From Thermoanaerobaculaceae bacterium (GTDB lineage Bacteria; Acidobacteriota; Thermoanaerobaculia; Multivoradales; UBA5704): DNA of 64,000 nucleotides. The stretch spans positions 2,117,902-2,181,901 of the forward strand of contig OY970330.1 in the NCBI GenBank assembly GCA_963717295.1, given 5' to 3'. This document shows, in pieces, positions 1 through 9,600 of this stretch (its first letter is position 1; each line of letters opens with the position of its first letter). The position numbers were made by a program, and so were the translations under genes. Below the pieces are notes generated by a model, which saw only the letters and a program-made list of their open reading frames with translations, did no database searches and had not been told where the DNA came from.

Positions 1-1080
1 CGAGAAGCTGACATTTCCCGCCGACCAGCGCTCCGGTTCGGGGAGCCATTCGAAGGCGTAGTCCGGGGGGCGAATCCCCTGTTCACCGGCGCGTCCCCAG
101 TCGAAGAACTCCTGCCAGCGCACCGCTTCGAGAAGCGCCTCCGCCGCCTCGCCGGCGCGCCTCGCGAGCGAGCTTCCGGGCGCGCTCCGGCCGGCGATCG
201 GCAAGTGGCGCGAGAGAGCCCCGAGCGCCTCCCGCAGCTCCGCATAGGCGCGGCCGTCGGCCAGGACGCCGACGACCACCCGGTCGCTCCCGGCGAGGCG
301 GCCGAGGAGAGCCTGCCAGACGGCCAGCAGGACCGCCTGCTCGGGAACCGCCAGCCGCCGGGCGGCGGCGGCGATCCGATCGGCGGTCCCGGCCGCGAGG
401 GCGACCAGCAGAACGCAGGGGGAGAAGCCGGCCGCGGGAGTCCGGAGGCCGGGCAGGGCCACCTCGGCCGCGAGCGCCTCCTGGAGATCGGGGGAGCTCC
501 AGCGTTGCGCGCCGACCGAGCCGCCCTCGCCTTCGAAGACCTCGTTCTGCCACTCGGCGATGTCGGCGTACTGCAACGGCCCCTCGTCCGCCGGCGGTCC
601 GTCCTGCCGGCCGTAGGCGTCGACGACCTCCCGCAACAGGTTGATCAGCCCGGGGCCATCGCTCGCCACCGCCGGCAGGGCGACGCCGAGCAGGTGCCGG
701 CCCGGTTCAGGGGAGACGAGGGCGGCGCGCAGCACCGGTCCGGCCGCCAGATCGAAGGGTTCGCGGCAAGCGGCGAGGAGCAGCTCTTCGCCCGCCTGGC
801 GAGCCTCCGGCCGGAGCAGGGAGAACTTCGCCTCCGGTTGGACCACCTGGAGGGGGATCGTCATTCCGGGTAGCGCGTGGAAGGTGGTGCGCAGGACTTC
901 ATGGCGCTCGATCGTCGCGGCGAACGCCGCGGCGAGACGGCCGGGCTCGAGCTCCCCGTCGATGCGCAGCATCGCCCAGGTCGTGAACGCCCCTTGGCCG
1001 AGCTCCGTCATCAGCGCCCAGAGGTGGCGCTGCTGCGGCGAGAGACGGGTGCCGGTCAGGGGCTTGCTCTGCATCGTCAT
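1..1080 (-). CDS. NRPS, N-terminal part (C-terminus outside window); begins with a condensation-like domain whose catalytic motif is degenerate
   Basis: My own reverse-complement translation from ATG at 1080-1078 gives an uninterrupted reading frame to position 1: MTMQSKPLTGTRLSPQQRHLWALMTE...IERHEVLRTTF... (C1 and C2 motifs present). The C3 position reads VALPAVASDGPG instead of MHHxxxDG. It is missing from the ORF track because it runs off the window edge. Confidence 0.8.
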   Translation of the reverse strand, partial: MTMQSKPLTGTRLSPQQRHLWALMTELGQGAFTTWAMLRIDGELEPGRLAAAFAATIERHEVLRTTFHALPGMTIPLQVVQPEAKFSLLRPEARQAGEELLLAACREPFDLAAGPVLRAALVSPEPGRHLLGVALPAVASDGPGLINLLREVVDAYGRQDGPPADEGPLQYADIAEWQNEVFEGEGGSVGAQRWSSPDLQEALAAEVALPGLRTPAAGFSPCVLLVALAAGTADRIAAAARRLAVPEQAVLLAVWQALLGRLAGSDRVVVGVLADGRAYAELREALGALSRHLPIAGRSAPGSSLARRAGEAAEALLEAVRWQEFFDWGRAGEQGIRPPDYAFEWLPEPERWSAGNVSFS

Positions 1081-1092
1081 CGTCGCGCCGCC

Positions 1093-4000
1093 TCAGCCCT
1101 TCTCCTGCCGCCGCTTGAGACCGGTCAAGCTCTGCCGCCGAGCCTGGAGCAGATCCTCCTCCTGAGTCCGCTGACGGACCGCCCAGGCGCCGGCCACCCC
1201 GGCCGCGAGATCGGCCAGGGACCTGCCGGGGTGCGCCTCCGCGAGCCGCAGGAGCGCTTCGAAGCCGGCCGCGAAGCGCTGGATCGTGGCCTCCTCGAAG
1301 AGGTCCGACTTGTATTCGAAAAAGCCGCGCATCCCCTCGGGCGTCTCTCTCATCTCGAGCTTCAGGTCGTGCCGCACGAGGCCGCTGTGGAGATCGATTC
1401 CCCGCATTCTCACTCCCGGCAGCTCCACGGCCGGCAGGGGGACGTTTTGGAGGACGAACCAGACCTGGAAGAGCGGGGTCCGGCTCACGCTACGCTCGGG
1501 CCGCAGAGCGTCGACCACCAGCTCGAACGGGGTGTCCTGATGCGCGAAGGCGCCGAGCGCCACCGCGCGCACCCGCCCGACCAACTCGGCGAAGGTCGGG
1601 TCGCCGCCCAGGTCCGTGCGCATCACCAGGGTGTTGACGAAGAACCCGATCAGCCCCTCGGTCTCGGCCCGGCGGCGGTTGGTGATCGGCGTGCCCACCG
1701 CGATGTCGTCCTGCCGCGAGTGCAGATGGAGAAGCAGCTGAAAACCGGCGAGGAGAACCATGAACAGGGTGGCATCGTGCTGGCGCGCCAAGGTGTTGAG
1801 CCCATCCCGCAGCTCCCTCGCGAGAGTGAAGTGGGACCGCGCTCCACGCGAGCTGGCCCCCTCGGGACCGAGAGGCCGGACCGGCAGGTCGGTGCGCCCC
1901 GGCGAGCCCCCGAGCTGGCGCTTCCAGTAGGCGAGCTGCCCGGCGAGCACCGGCCCGCGGAGCCAGGCCTGCTGCCAAGCCGCGAAATCGACGTACTGGA
2001 AGGCTGGCTCCGGCAGCGGCGAGGGCCGCCCGGCGGCGAAGGCGGCGTAGAGCGGCACCAGCTCGGTCACCAGGATGCCGCGCGACCAGGCATCGCTGAC
2101 GATGTGGTGCATGGTGAAGAGCACCAGGCAGTCGTCATCCTCGAGGTCGACCAGCGCGCACCGCAGCAGCGGCCCTTTCCCGAGATCGAAGGGGAGGGCC
2201 GCCTCGGCCCACGCGAGCCGTACGACCTCCTCCTCGCGCGCGGCCGGAAGCAAGCCGCGCAGGTCGACAACCGGCAGCGGGATGGGACGGGCCGGGGCGA
2301 TCCGCTGCCGCGGCTGGCCTGCGACCACCGGGAAGGTGGCGCGCAGCACTTCCTGCCGGCGCACGATCTCGGAGATCGCGAGCTCCAGGGCGCGCAAGTC
2401 GAACGCACCGCTCACCCGCACGGTCCCGAACACGTTGTAGGCCGGGTTTCCAGGCTCGAGCTGGTCGAGAAACCAGAGCCGAAGCTGCGGCGAGGAGAGC
2501 GGCAGCTCGCCGTTGCGAGGAATCCTGAGCAGGGGCGGCTCCTTCGTCACGGCCCGTCCGCGATCGCCGGGCTCCCCAAGGCCGACGGAGGCCGACGACG
2601 ACCGGCCGGCCGGCGGCGCCGACGCGGGCAGCGCGCCGCCGACCAGCGAGTGCATCAGCTCATGCCCCTCGTCGAGCGCGAAGAGAGGGCGGACGGCAGC
2701 GAAGCCGAGGCCGCCGATCGGACAGATCCCCAGCCCGCAGGCGGGAGCGCCGGCCCGCAGGAGCTGAAGCATCGCCCCGGCTTCGAGCAGGCAGAAATCC
2801 CGCGCGCGCTTTCCGTAGAGCGGCGCGATGGCTCCTGCCTGGGCGATCAGGAAGAGGGAGAAGGCGGAACGCTCGAAGATCGGACGGTTGATGAAATCGG
2901 CATGGATGCCGGGATCGAGCTCGACTCCGGGGGTGAGGGCGACGAGCCGGTGCTCGGCCGGATGGTAGTAGTAGGTCCCGGCCGGAATCCCCTCGACCCG
3001 CCCTGCCTTGACGTGCAAATAGACCTGCACGGGATAGACGCCACCCGCCGAGGGATAGAGGCGTTGCGGGTGATCGCCGGCCGGCAGCTCCCGCAAGCTG
3101 GCGAGGAACCTGCCGAAAGCCCGGTTGAGGATCGGCTCCGCGGCGAAGAACCGCTCGCTGCGGAGCTCCGGCGGTCCGGCGTCGCCTGCCTGCAGGTCGA
3201 GATGCCGGCGCGCGGGATCGGCCGGACGCAGGTCCAGCCGCCGCTCCTTGAAACGCTCGCGCTCTTCCGGATCGGCGACGCTCTCCGGAGACCAGCGCGA
3301 GGCCGCCTCGGGGACGGCCGTCTCCGGACGCTCCTGCGCGTAGAGCCTGGCGAGCCCGGCGACCGTCGGCGTCCGGAAGAACTCCTCCATCGTGGGCCGG
3401 AAGGACAGATCGCGCTCGAGCTGGTTGGAGATGCGAATGAGGTCGACCGAGTTCGCCCCCAGGTCGAGAAGGTTGGCATCCCACTCCACGCGGTCGAAAC
3501 CCAATACCCGTTCGACGATCTGGCGGATCGTTTCAGCCAGGGGAGACCCGGAGCTCGGGCCGCCCGGCACGGCTTCGTGGCGTTGAGTGAGGGGCGGCGG
3601 CAGGGCGCGGCGGTCGACCTTGCCGGTGGCCGACAGCGGCAGGGATTCCAGGAACACGTACGACGACGGCACCATGTAGGCCGGCAGCCTGCCCGCCAGG
3701 TAGGCGCGCAGGCTCTCCTCGCTCTCCTCGACTCCCGGCTCGCCGACCACATAGGCCACCAGGCGCTTGCTCCCCTGCGCCTCGCCCACCGCCGCCACCA
3801 CGCACGAACGCACCGCCACGTGCCGGGACAGCACCGACTCGATCTCCCCGAGCTCGATGCGGTAACCCTGCACCTTGACCTGGAAGTCCTCGCGGCCCAG
3901 GAACTCGATCGTCCCGTCCGGCAGGAAGCGCCCCAGATCCCCCGTCCGGTACAGACGCTCGCCCGTCCGCGGATGCACCAGGAAGCTCGCAGCCGTCCGC

Positions 4001-6678
4001 TCTTCCGCACCCCAGTAACCCCGCGCCACCCCGGCACCCCCAATGTACAGGTCGCCCGGCACCCAGGCCGGGCAGAGCGACAGCGCCTCGTTCAGCACGT
4101 ACATCCGCTGGTTCGACATCGCCCGCCCGTACGGGATGCTCCTCCACTGCGGCAGCACCGTCCCGATCGGGTAGAGGATCGACCAGATCGATCCCTCCGT
4201 CGCGCCCCCCAGGCTCACCACCTCCACCGCGCCCAGACGACGCGCCCGATCGGGCAGCGACAAGGGCAGCCAATCCCCCGACAGCAGCGCCAGACGAAGG
4301 CTCGGCGCCAGAGCGCTACTCCGCGACTCCGCCCAGTCCACCAGCACCTCGAACAACGCCGGCACCGAGTCCCACACCGTCACCCCATGCTCCAACATCA
4401 GCTCATGCCAGCGCCCGGGCTCGCGGGCCGCCCACGGCTCCGGCATCACCACCGCGCCACCCGCCGACAAAACGCCGAAAAGGTCGTACACCGACAGGTC
4501 GAACGACAGCGACGACAGCGCCAGAACCCGGTCCTCGGCGCCCAGACCGAAACGGCGATTGACGTCGGCCACCGTGTTGAGAGCCGCGCGGTGCTCGATC
4601 ATCACCCCCTTCGGCTCACCCGTCGAGCCCGAAGTGAAGATCACGTAGGCCAGGTCCGAGGGCGACTGCGCCGCCGCCAGAGGCGCCCCGGCCGGCTCCG
4701 GACCGTCCTCGACCAGCACCCGCTCGATGCCGGACGGCCAGTCCAGGACGGCGGCCAGGGAAGGCTGCGTCACCGCCACCCGCACACCCCCCAGCGAGAG
4801 CAGTTGGCGCAAGCGCTCACCCGGCACACCGGCCTCGATCGGCAGGTACGCTCCTCCCGACTCCAACACCCCCAGCACCCCCACCACCTGCTCCCACCCC
4901 TTCTCCATCACCACCGCCACCAACTCGTCCGGACGCACCGCGAGGTCCCGCAGGCGAAGCGCCAGAGATCGCGAACGCGCCGCCAACTCGCCGTAGGAGA
5001 GCATCCGCGACCCGGAGATCACCGCCGGCCGCCCCGGCGCCGACGCCGCCCGCGCCAGGAAACCCGAGTGCAGCAGCCCCTCCGGCAACGGCGCCGACGT
5101 CGCGTTGACCGACTCGATCAGCTCTCGATGCCGCGACGACGCCAGCGCCAGCGGCGGCTCCTCCCAAGCCCCCTCGTCTTGCGCCAGACGCTCCAGGAGC
5201 CCACGGTAGGCGGCGAACATCTCGTCCAGCAGGCCGGCCGGAAACAGATCCTCCACCGCGTCCCAGTTGAAACCGAGAGCGCCCCCCTCCTCCATGACCC
5301 GGTGGTCGAGCCACACCTGCGGGGTCTGCGAGATGCTGTAGACGTTGTCGGCCACCAGCAGGCTCGTCGTTTCAGCGGCCCCCTGCCCCTCCTGGCCGAG
5401 CGTGCTGGTGAACACCACCGGCATGCGCCCTCCCGCGGCGTTGCCGGCCCGCCGGGCGAGCTGGCGCAGAACCTTGACGCCGCTCACGTAGCTGTATTCG
5501 AGATCGCTCCAGAGCTGCTGCTGGAGGGTGCGAGCGCGCTGGCGGAAGGTGTTCGCCGTGACGTCGACGACGAGGAGCACCGTGGCCGAGAAGTCCCCCA
5601 TGATGGCGTTGACCTGCGGGTGGAGCGGCAGCCGGTTGAACAGCGTGAGGTTCAAGACGAACCGGGGGCTCTTGCACCAGGTGGCGAGGACGTTCGAGAA
5701 CGCCGCCAGCAGCAGGCCGGACGGGGTGAGCCCCTCGCGCCGGGCGGCGGCCTTGAGCGCTCCCCAACGCGCCGGATCGAGCCGCCCGAGGTGACGGGTG
5801 AAGACGGGCTGCTTGATGGTTCCAGGATCTCTTGCGAGCGGCAGTTGGGGCGGCCCCGGAAGGTTGGCCAGCCGACGCTCCCAATGCGCCTCCGCCTGCC
5901 GGTAGCGCTCGCCGCCATGGAGGGCCTTCTCCGCCAGCACGTAGTCGCGGAACGACAGTTCCAGCGAGGGCAGCTCGAGGGCTGGATCGCCGTAGAGCTT
6001 GAACAGCTCGCCGAAGAAAATCTGGAAGCTCCAGGCATCGCCGATCAGTAGATCGAGGCTCAGATGCAGGCGCGTGCGGCCCTCCTCGAAGCGGGAGGCA
6101 CGGATCTCGAACAGTGGCCAGCGATCGGTCGCGAGAACCTGATGCGAGAGCCGGTCGCGCAGCTCGCCCCGGCGGGCCTCGGCCGCGAGGGCCGGCACGC
6201 CGTGGAGCTCGAGCACCTCGATGCCGTAGCGCGGCACCTCCGGCAGGATGCGTTGCTGCCCGTCGTCGCCCACGATCATGCGCAGCATGCCGTGCCGTAG
6301 GATGAGCTGGTTCAGAGCCTGCTCCAGGCGCGCCAGATCGAGATCCTGGAAGTCGAGCTCCAGATAGAAATGCGGCGCCACGTTGCCGAGCTCGAAATCG
6401 CCGCGGCGCCCGATCCAGTAAGCCTGCTGGAGATCGGTCAGCGGGAAGGGGAGGTGCCGCTCGTGCGGCACCGGAACGATCCCCGGCAGGCTCGCGGCCC
6501 GCGTCCCCGGCTCGACCTCGAGCAGCGCCACGATCTCGGCCTTGCGCCGGCTGAGCTCGTCGCGCAGCACCGAGGTCAGCACTCCCTGGGGGGCGTTCAA
6601 GCGCAAGCGGCTTCCTTCGGTCCAGATCTGGACATCGAGGCCGCGCAGTTGAGCGACGAAATCGGCGGTCGACGTCAC
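1093..6678 (-). CDS. NRPS module Cy-A(Cys)-PCP-Ox-C (heterocyclization, adenylation, carrier, FMN oxidase, C-terminal condensation domain)
   Basis: Cy motifs FPLTDLQQAYWIGR and DLLIGDAWSF. A domain LAYVIFTSGSTGEPKGV with FDLSVYD (Stachelhaus D-L-Y) and SLGGATEGSIW, a Cys-type code. PCP LGANSVDLIRISNQL. Nitroreductase-like Ox (YPSAGGVYPVQVYL...GLGICPIGG). C domain with MHHIVSDAWS. Its start overlaps the upstream gene's stop by 4 bp. Confidence 0.9.
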   Translation of the reverse strand: MTSTADFVAQLRGLDVQIWTEGSRLRLNAPQGVLTSVLRDELSRRKAEIVALLEVEPGTRAASLPGIVPVPHERHLPFPLTDLQQAYWIGRRGDFELGNVAPHFYLELDFQDLDLARLEQALNQLILRHGMLRMIVGDDGQQRILPEVPRYGIEVLELHGVPALAAEARRGELRDRLSHQVLATDRWPLFEIRASRFEEGRTRLHLSLDLLIGDAWSFQIFFGELFKLYGDPALELPSLELSFRDYVLAEKALHGGERYRQAEAHWERRLANLPGPPQLPLARDPGTIKQPVFTRHLGRLDPARWGALKAAARREGLTPSGLLLAAFSNVLATWCKSPRFVLNLTLFNRLPLHPQVNAIMGDFSATVLLVVDVTANTFRQRARTLQQQLWSDLEYSYVSGVKVLRQLARRAGNAAGGRMPVVFTSTLGQEGQGAAETTSLLVADNVYSISQTPQVWLDHRVMEEGGALGFNWDAVEDLFPAGLLDEMFAAYRGLLERLAQDEGAWEEPPLALASSRHRELIESVNATSAPLPEGLLHSGFLARAASAPGRPAVISGSRMLSYGELAARSRSLALRLRDLAVRPDELVAVVMEKGWEQVVGVLGVLESGGAYLPIEAGVPGERLRQLLSLGGVRVAVTQPSLAAVLDWPSGIERVLVEDGPEPAGAPLAAAQSPSDLAYVIFTSGSTGEPKGVMIEHRAALNTVADVNRRFGLGAEDRVLALSSLSFDLSVYDLFGVLSAGGAVVMPEPWAAREPGRWHELMLEHGVTVWDSVPALFEVLVDWAESRSSALAPSLRLALLSGDWLPLSLPDRARRLGAVEVVSLGGATEGSIWSILYPIGTVLPQWRSIPYGRAMSNQRMYVLNEALSLCPAWVPGDLYIGGAGVARGYWGAEERTAASFLVHPRTGERLYRTGDLGRFLPDGTIEFLGREDFQVKVQGYRIELGEIESVLSRHVAVRSCVVAAVGEAQGSKRLVAYVVGEPGVEESEESLRAYLAGRLPAYMVPSSYVFLESLPLSATGKVDRRALPPPLTQRHEAVPGGPSSGSPLAETIRQIVERVLGFDRVEWDANLLDLGANSVDLIRISNQLERDLSFRPTMEEFFRTPTVAGLARLYAQERPETAVPEAASRWSPESVADPEERERFKERRLDLRPADPARRHLDLQAGDAGPPELRSERFFAAEPILNRAFGRFLASLRELPAGDHPQRLYPSAGGVYPVQVYLHVKAGRVEGIPAGTYYYHPAEHRLVALTPGVELDPGIHADFINRPIFERSAFSLFLIAQAGAIAPLYGKRARDFCLLEAGAMLQLLRAGAPACGLGICPIGGLGFAAVRPLFALDEGHELMHSLVGGALPASAPPAGRSSSASVGLGEPGDRGRAVTKEPPLLRIPRNGELPLSSPQLRLWFLDQLEPGNPAYNVFGTVRVSGAFDLRALELAISEIVRRQEVLRATFPVVAGQPRQRIAPARPIPLPVVDLRGLLPAAREEEVVRLAWAEAALPFDLGKGPLLRCALVDLEDDDCLVLFTMHHIVSDAWSRGILVTELVPLYAAFAAGRPSPLPEPAFQYVDFAAWQQAWLRGPVLAGQLAYWKRQLGGSPGRTDLPVRPLGPEGASSRGARSHFTLARELRDGLNTLARQHDATLFMVLLAGFQLLLHLHSRQDDIAVGTPITNRRRAETEGLIGFFVNTLVMRTDLGGDPTFAELVGRVRAVALGAFAHQDTPFELVVDALRPERSVSRTPLFQVWFVLQNVPLPAVELPGVRMRGIDLHSGLVRHDLKLEMRETPEGMRGFFEYKSDLFEEATIQRFAAGFEALLRLAEAHPGRSLADLAAGVAGAWAVRQRTQEEDLLQARRQSLTGLKRRQEKG

Positions 6679-9600
6679 AGCTCGATGTCCTCCCGCGGCC
6701 CCTCGCCGGCGGACCCCGCGGGCTCCTCCTGGAAGGGCTCCCAGGCGGCCGACGCCCCGATGCGCCCGCCGAGCAGCGAATGGAGCGGAACGTGGGTGTC
6801 GGCGAGGGCGAAGTGATGGCGGACGCGCGCGAAGTCGACGGCGCCGATCGGACAGAGGCCGATCTCGCAGGCCGGCGCCGCGAGCATCAGCAGTTGCCCC
6901 ATGTAGCCCGCTTCGAGGAGGCTGAAGTCACGGCCCGCGCGGCCGTACATCGGCGCCACCGCCTGGGCCTCGGCGATCAGGAAGAGCGCGAAGGCCGCCT
7001 CGTCGTAAATCGGGCGGTTGATGAACTCGACGTAGATGCCGGGATCGATCTCCGCGCCCGGCGCCAGGGCGACCAACCGGTGAGCGGCCGGATGGTGGTA
7101 GTAGACGCCCCCCTCCAGTCCCTCGACCCGCCCAGCCTTCGCGTAGAGATAGGTCTGGACCGGGTAGAGCCCGCCGGCTGACGGGTAGAGCCGCCGCTCG
7201 CCATCGGGCTCGGCGATCCGGCGGAGCACTCCCAGCAGGCTGGCGAGATCCTGCCGGGGGATTGGCTCGGGACTGAAACGGCGATAGCTGCGGCGGGTTG
7301 CGAGGAGCGCCGCGAGAGCTCCTTGCCCGTCGCCGGGCACCGCGAGGTCGAGGCTCCGCGTTCCGGACGCGTCCGCGCGGAGCCCCAAGTCGCGCTCCTT
7401 GAACGCCGCGCGCTCCGCCGGATCGAGCAGCAGCCCGAAGCGTGTCCAGGCGGACTCGACGGGATCGACCGGCGCGCTCACCGGGGCCGGCGGGGGCGCG
7501 GCCAGGCGTGCCTCGTAGTAGCCCACGACGCTCCGCGGCGTCGAGAGGCGGAACAGCTCGTCGATCGTGGGGCGTGAGCCGAACTCGATCTCGAGCAGAT
7601 TGGCCACCCGGACCATCTCGATCGATGTCGCACCGAGATCGAAAAGGAGGACGTCGGGGTCGAGGAGCTCGGTCTTGAGCACGGAACCGATCACCGCGTA
7701 GACCCGCTCGGCGAGGTTGGAGCCGCCGGGCTGAGCGCCCGGCACGGCTTCGTGGCGTTGAACGAGGGGCGGCGGCAGGGCGCGGCGATCGACCTTGCCG
7801 GTGGCCGACAGCGGCAGGGATTCCAGGAACACGTACGACGACGGCACCATGTAGGCCGGCAGCTTGCCCGCCAGGTAGGCGCGCAGGCTCTCCTCGCTCT
7901 CCTCGACTCCCGGCTCGCCGACCACATAGGCCACCAGGCGCTTGCTCCCCTGCGCCTCGCCCACCGCCACCACCACGCATGAACGCACCGCCACGTGCCG
8001 GGACAGCACCGACTCGATCTCCCCGAGCTCGATGCGGTAACCCTGCACCTTGACCTGGAAGTCCTCGCGGCCCAGGAACTCGATCGTCCCGTCCGGCAGG
8101 AAGCACCCCAGATCCCCCGTCCGGTACAGACGCTCGCCCGTCCGCGGATGCACCAGGAAGCTCGCAGCCGTCCGCTCTTCCGCACCCCAGTAACCCCGCG
8201 CCACCCCGGCACCCCCAATGTACAGGTCGCCCGGCACCCAGGCCGGGCAGAGCGACAGCGCCTCGTTCAGCACGTACATCCGCTGGTTCGACATCGCCCG
8301 CCCGTACGGGATGCTCCTCCACTGCGGCAGCACCGTCCCGATCGGGTAGAGGATCGACCAGATCGATCCCTCCGTCGCGCCCCCCAGGCTCACCACCTCC
8401 ACCGCGCCCAGACGACGCGCCCGATCGGGCAGCGACAAGGGCAGCCAATCCCCCGACAGCAGCGCCAGACGAAGGCTCGGCGCCAGAGCGCTACTCCGCG
8501 ACTCCGCCCAGTCCACCAGCACCTCGAACAACGCCGGCACCGAGTCCCACACCGTCACCCCATGCTCCAACATCAGCTCGTGCCAGCGCCCGGGCTCGCG
8601 GGCCGCCCACGGCTCCGGCATCACCACCGCGCCACCCGCCGACAGAACGCCGAAAAGGTCGTACACCGACAGGTCGAACGACAGCGACGACAGCGCCAGA
8701 ACCCGGTCCTCGGCGCCCAGACCGAAACGGCGATTGACGTCGGCCACCGTGTTGAGAGCCGCGCGGTGCTCGATCATCACCCCCTTCGGCTCACCCGTCG
8801 AGCCCGAAGTGAAGATCACGTAGGCCAGGTCCGAGGGCGACTGCGCCGCCGCCAGCGGCGCCCCGGCCGGCTCCGGGCCGTCCTCTACCAGCACCCGCTC
8901 GATGCCGGACGGCCAGTCCAGGACGGCGGCCAGGGACGGCTGCGTCACCGCCACCCGCACACCCCCCAGCGAGAGCAGTTGGCGCAAGCGCTCACCCGGC
9001 ACACCAGCCTCGATCGGCAGGTACGCTCCTCCCGACTCCAACACCCCCAGCACCCCCACCACCTGCTCCCACCCCTTCTCCATCACCACCGCCACCAACT
9101 CGTCCGGACGCACCGCGAGGTCCCGCAGGCGAAGCGCCAGAGATCGCGAACGCGCCGCCAACTCGCCGTAGGAGAGCATCCGCGACCCGGAGATCACCGC
9201 CGGCCGCCCCGGCGCCGACGCCGCCCGCGCCAGGAAACCCGAGTGCAGCAGCCCCTCCGGCAACGGCGCCGACGTCGCGTTGACCGACTCGATCAGCTCC
9301 CGATGCCGCGACGGCGCCAGCGCCAGCGGCGGCTCCTCCCAAGCCCCCTCGTCTTGCGCCAGACGCTCCAGGAGCCCACGGTAGGCGGCGAACATCTCGT
9401 CCAGCAGGCCAACCGGGAACAGATCCTCCACCGCGTCCCAGTTGAAACCGAGAGCGCCCCCCTCCTCCATGACCTGATGGTCGAGCCACACCTGCGGGGT
9501 CTGCGAGATGCTGTAGACGCTCTCGACCGTCAGAGCGTCGATGTCCCCCGTGGCCCCCTGCCCCTCCTGGCCGAGCGTGCTGGTGAACACCACCGGCATG

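Noticed and set aside
877-6051. 1724-aa plus-strand ORF, and many other 80-940-aa ORFs on either strand inside the NRPS/PKS genes (e.g. 7995..10439, 10856..12709, 13658..16057, 16008..18821, 19962..21761, 30003..31913)
   Set aside because: They are antisense or out-of-frame to genes with unambiguous NRPS/PKS motifs. They are Arg/Pro/Gly-rich and low-complexity, with no domain signatures, which is the expected artefact of ~72% GC DNA.
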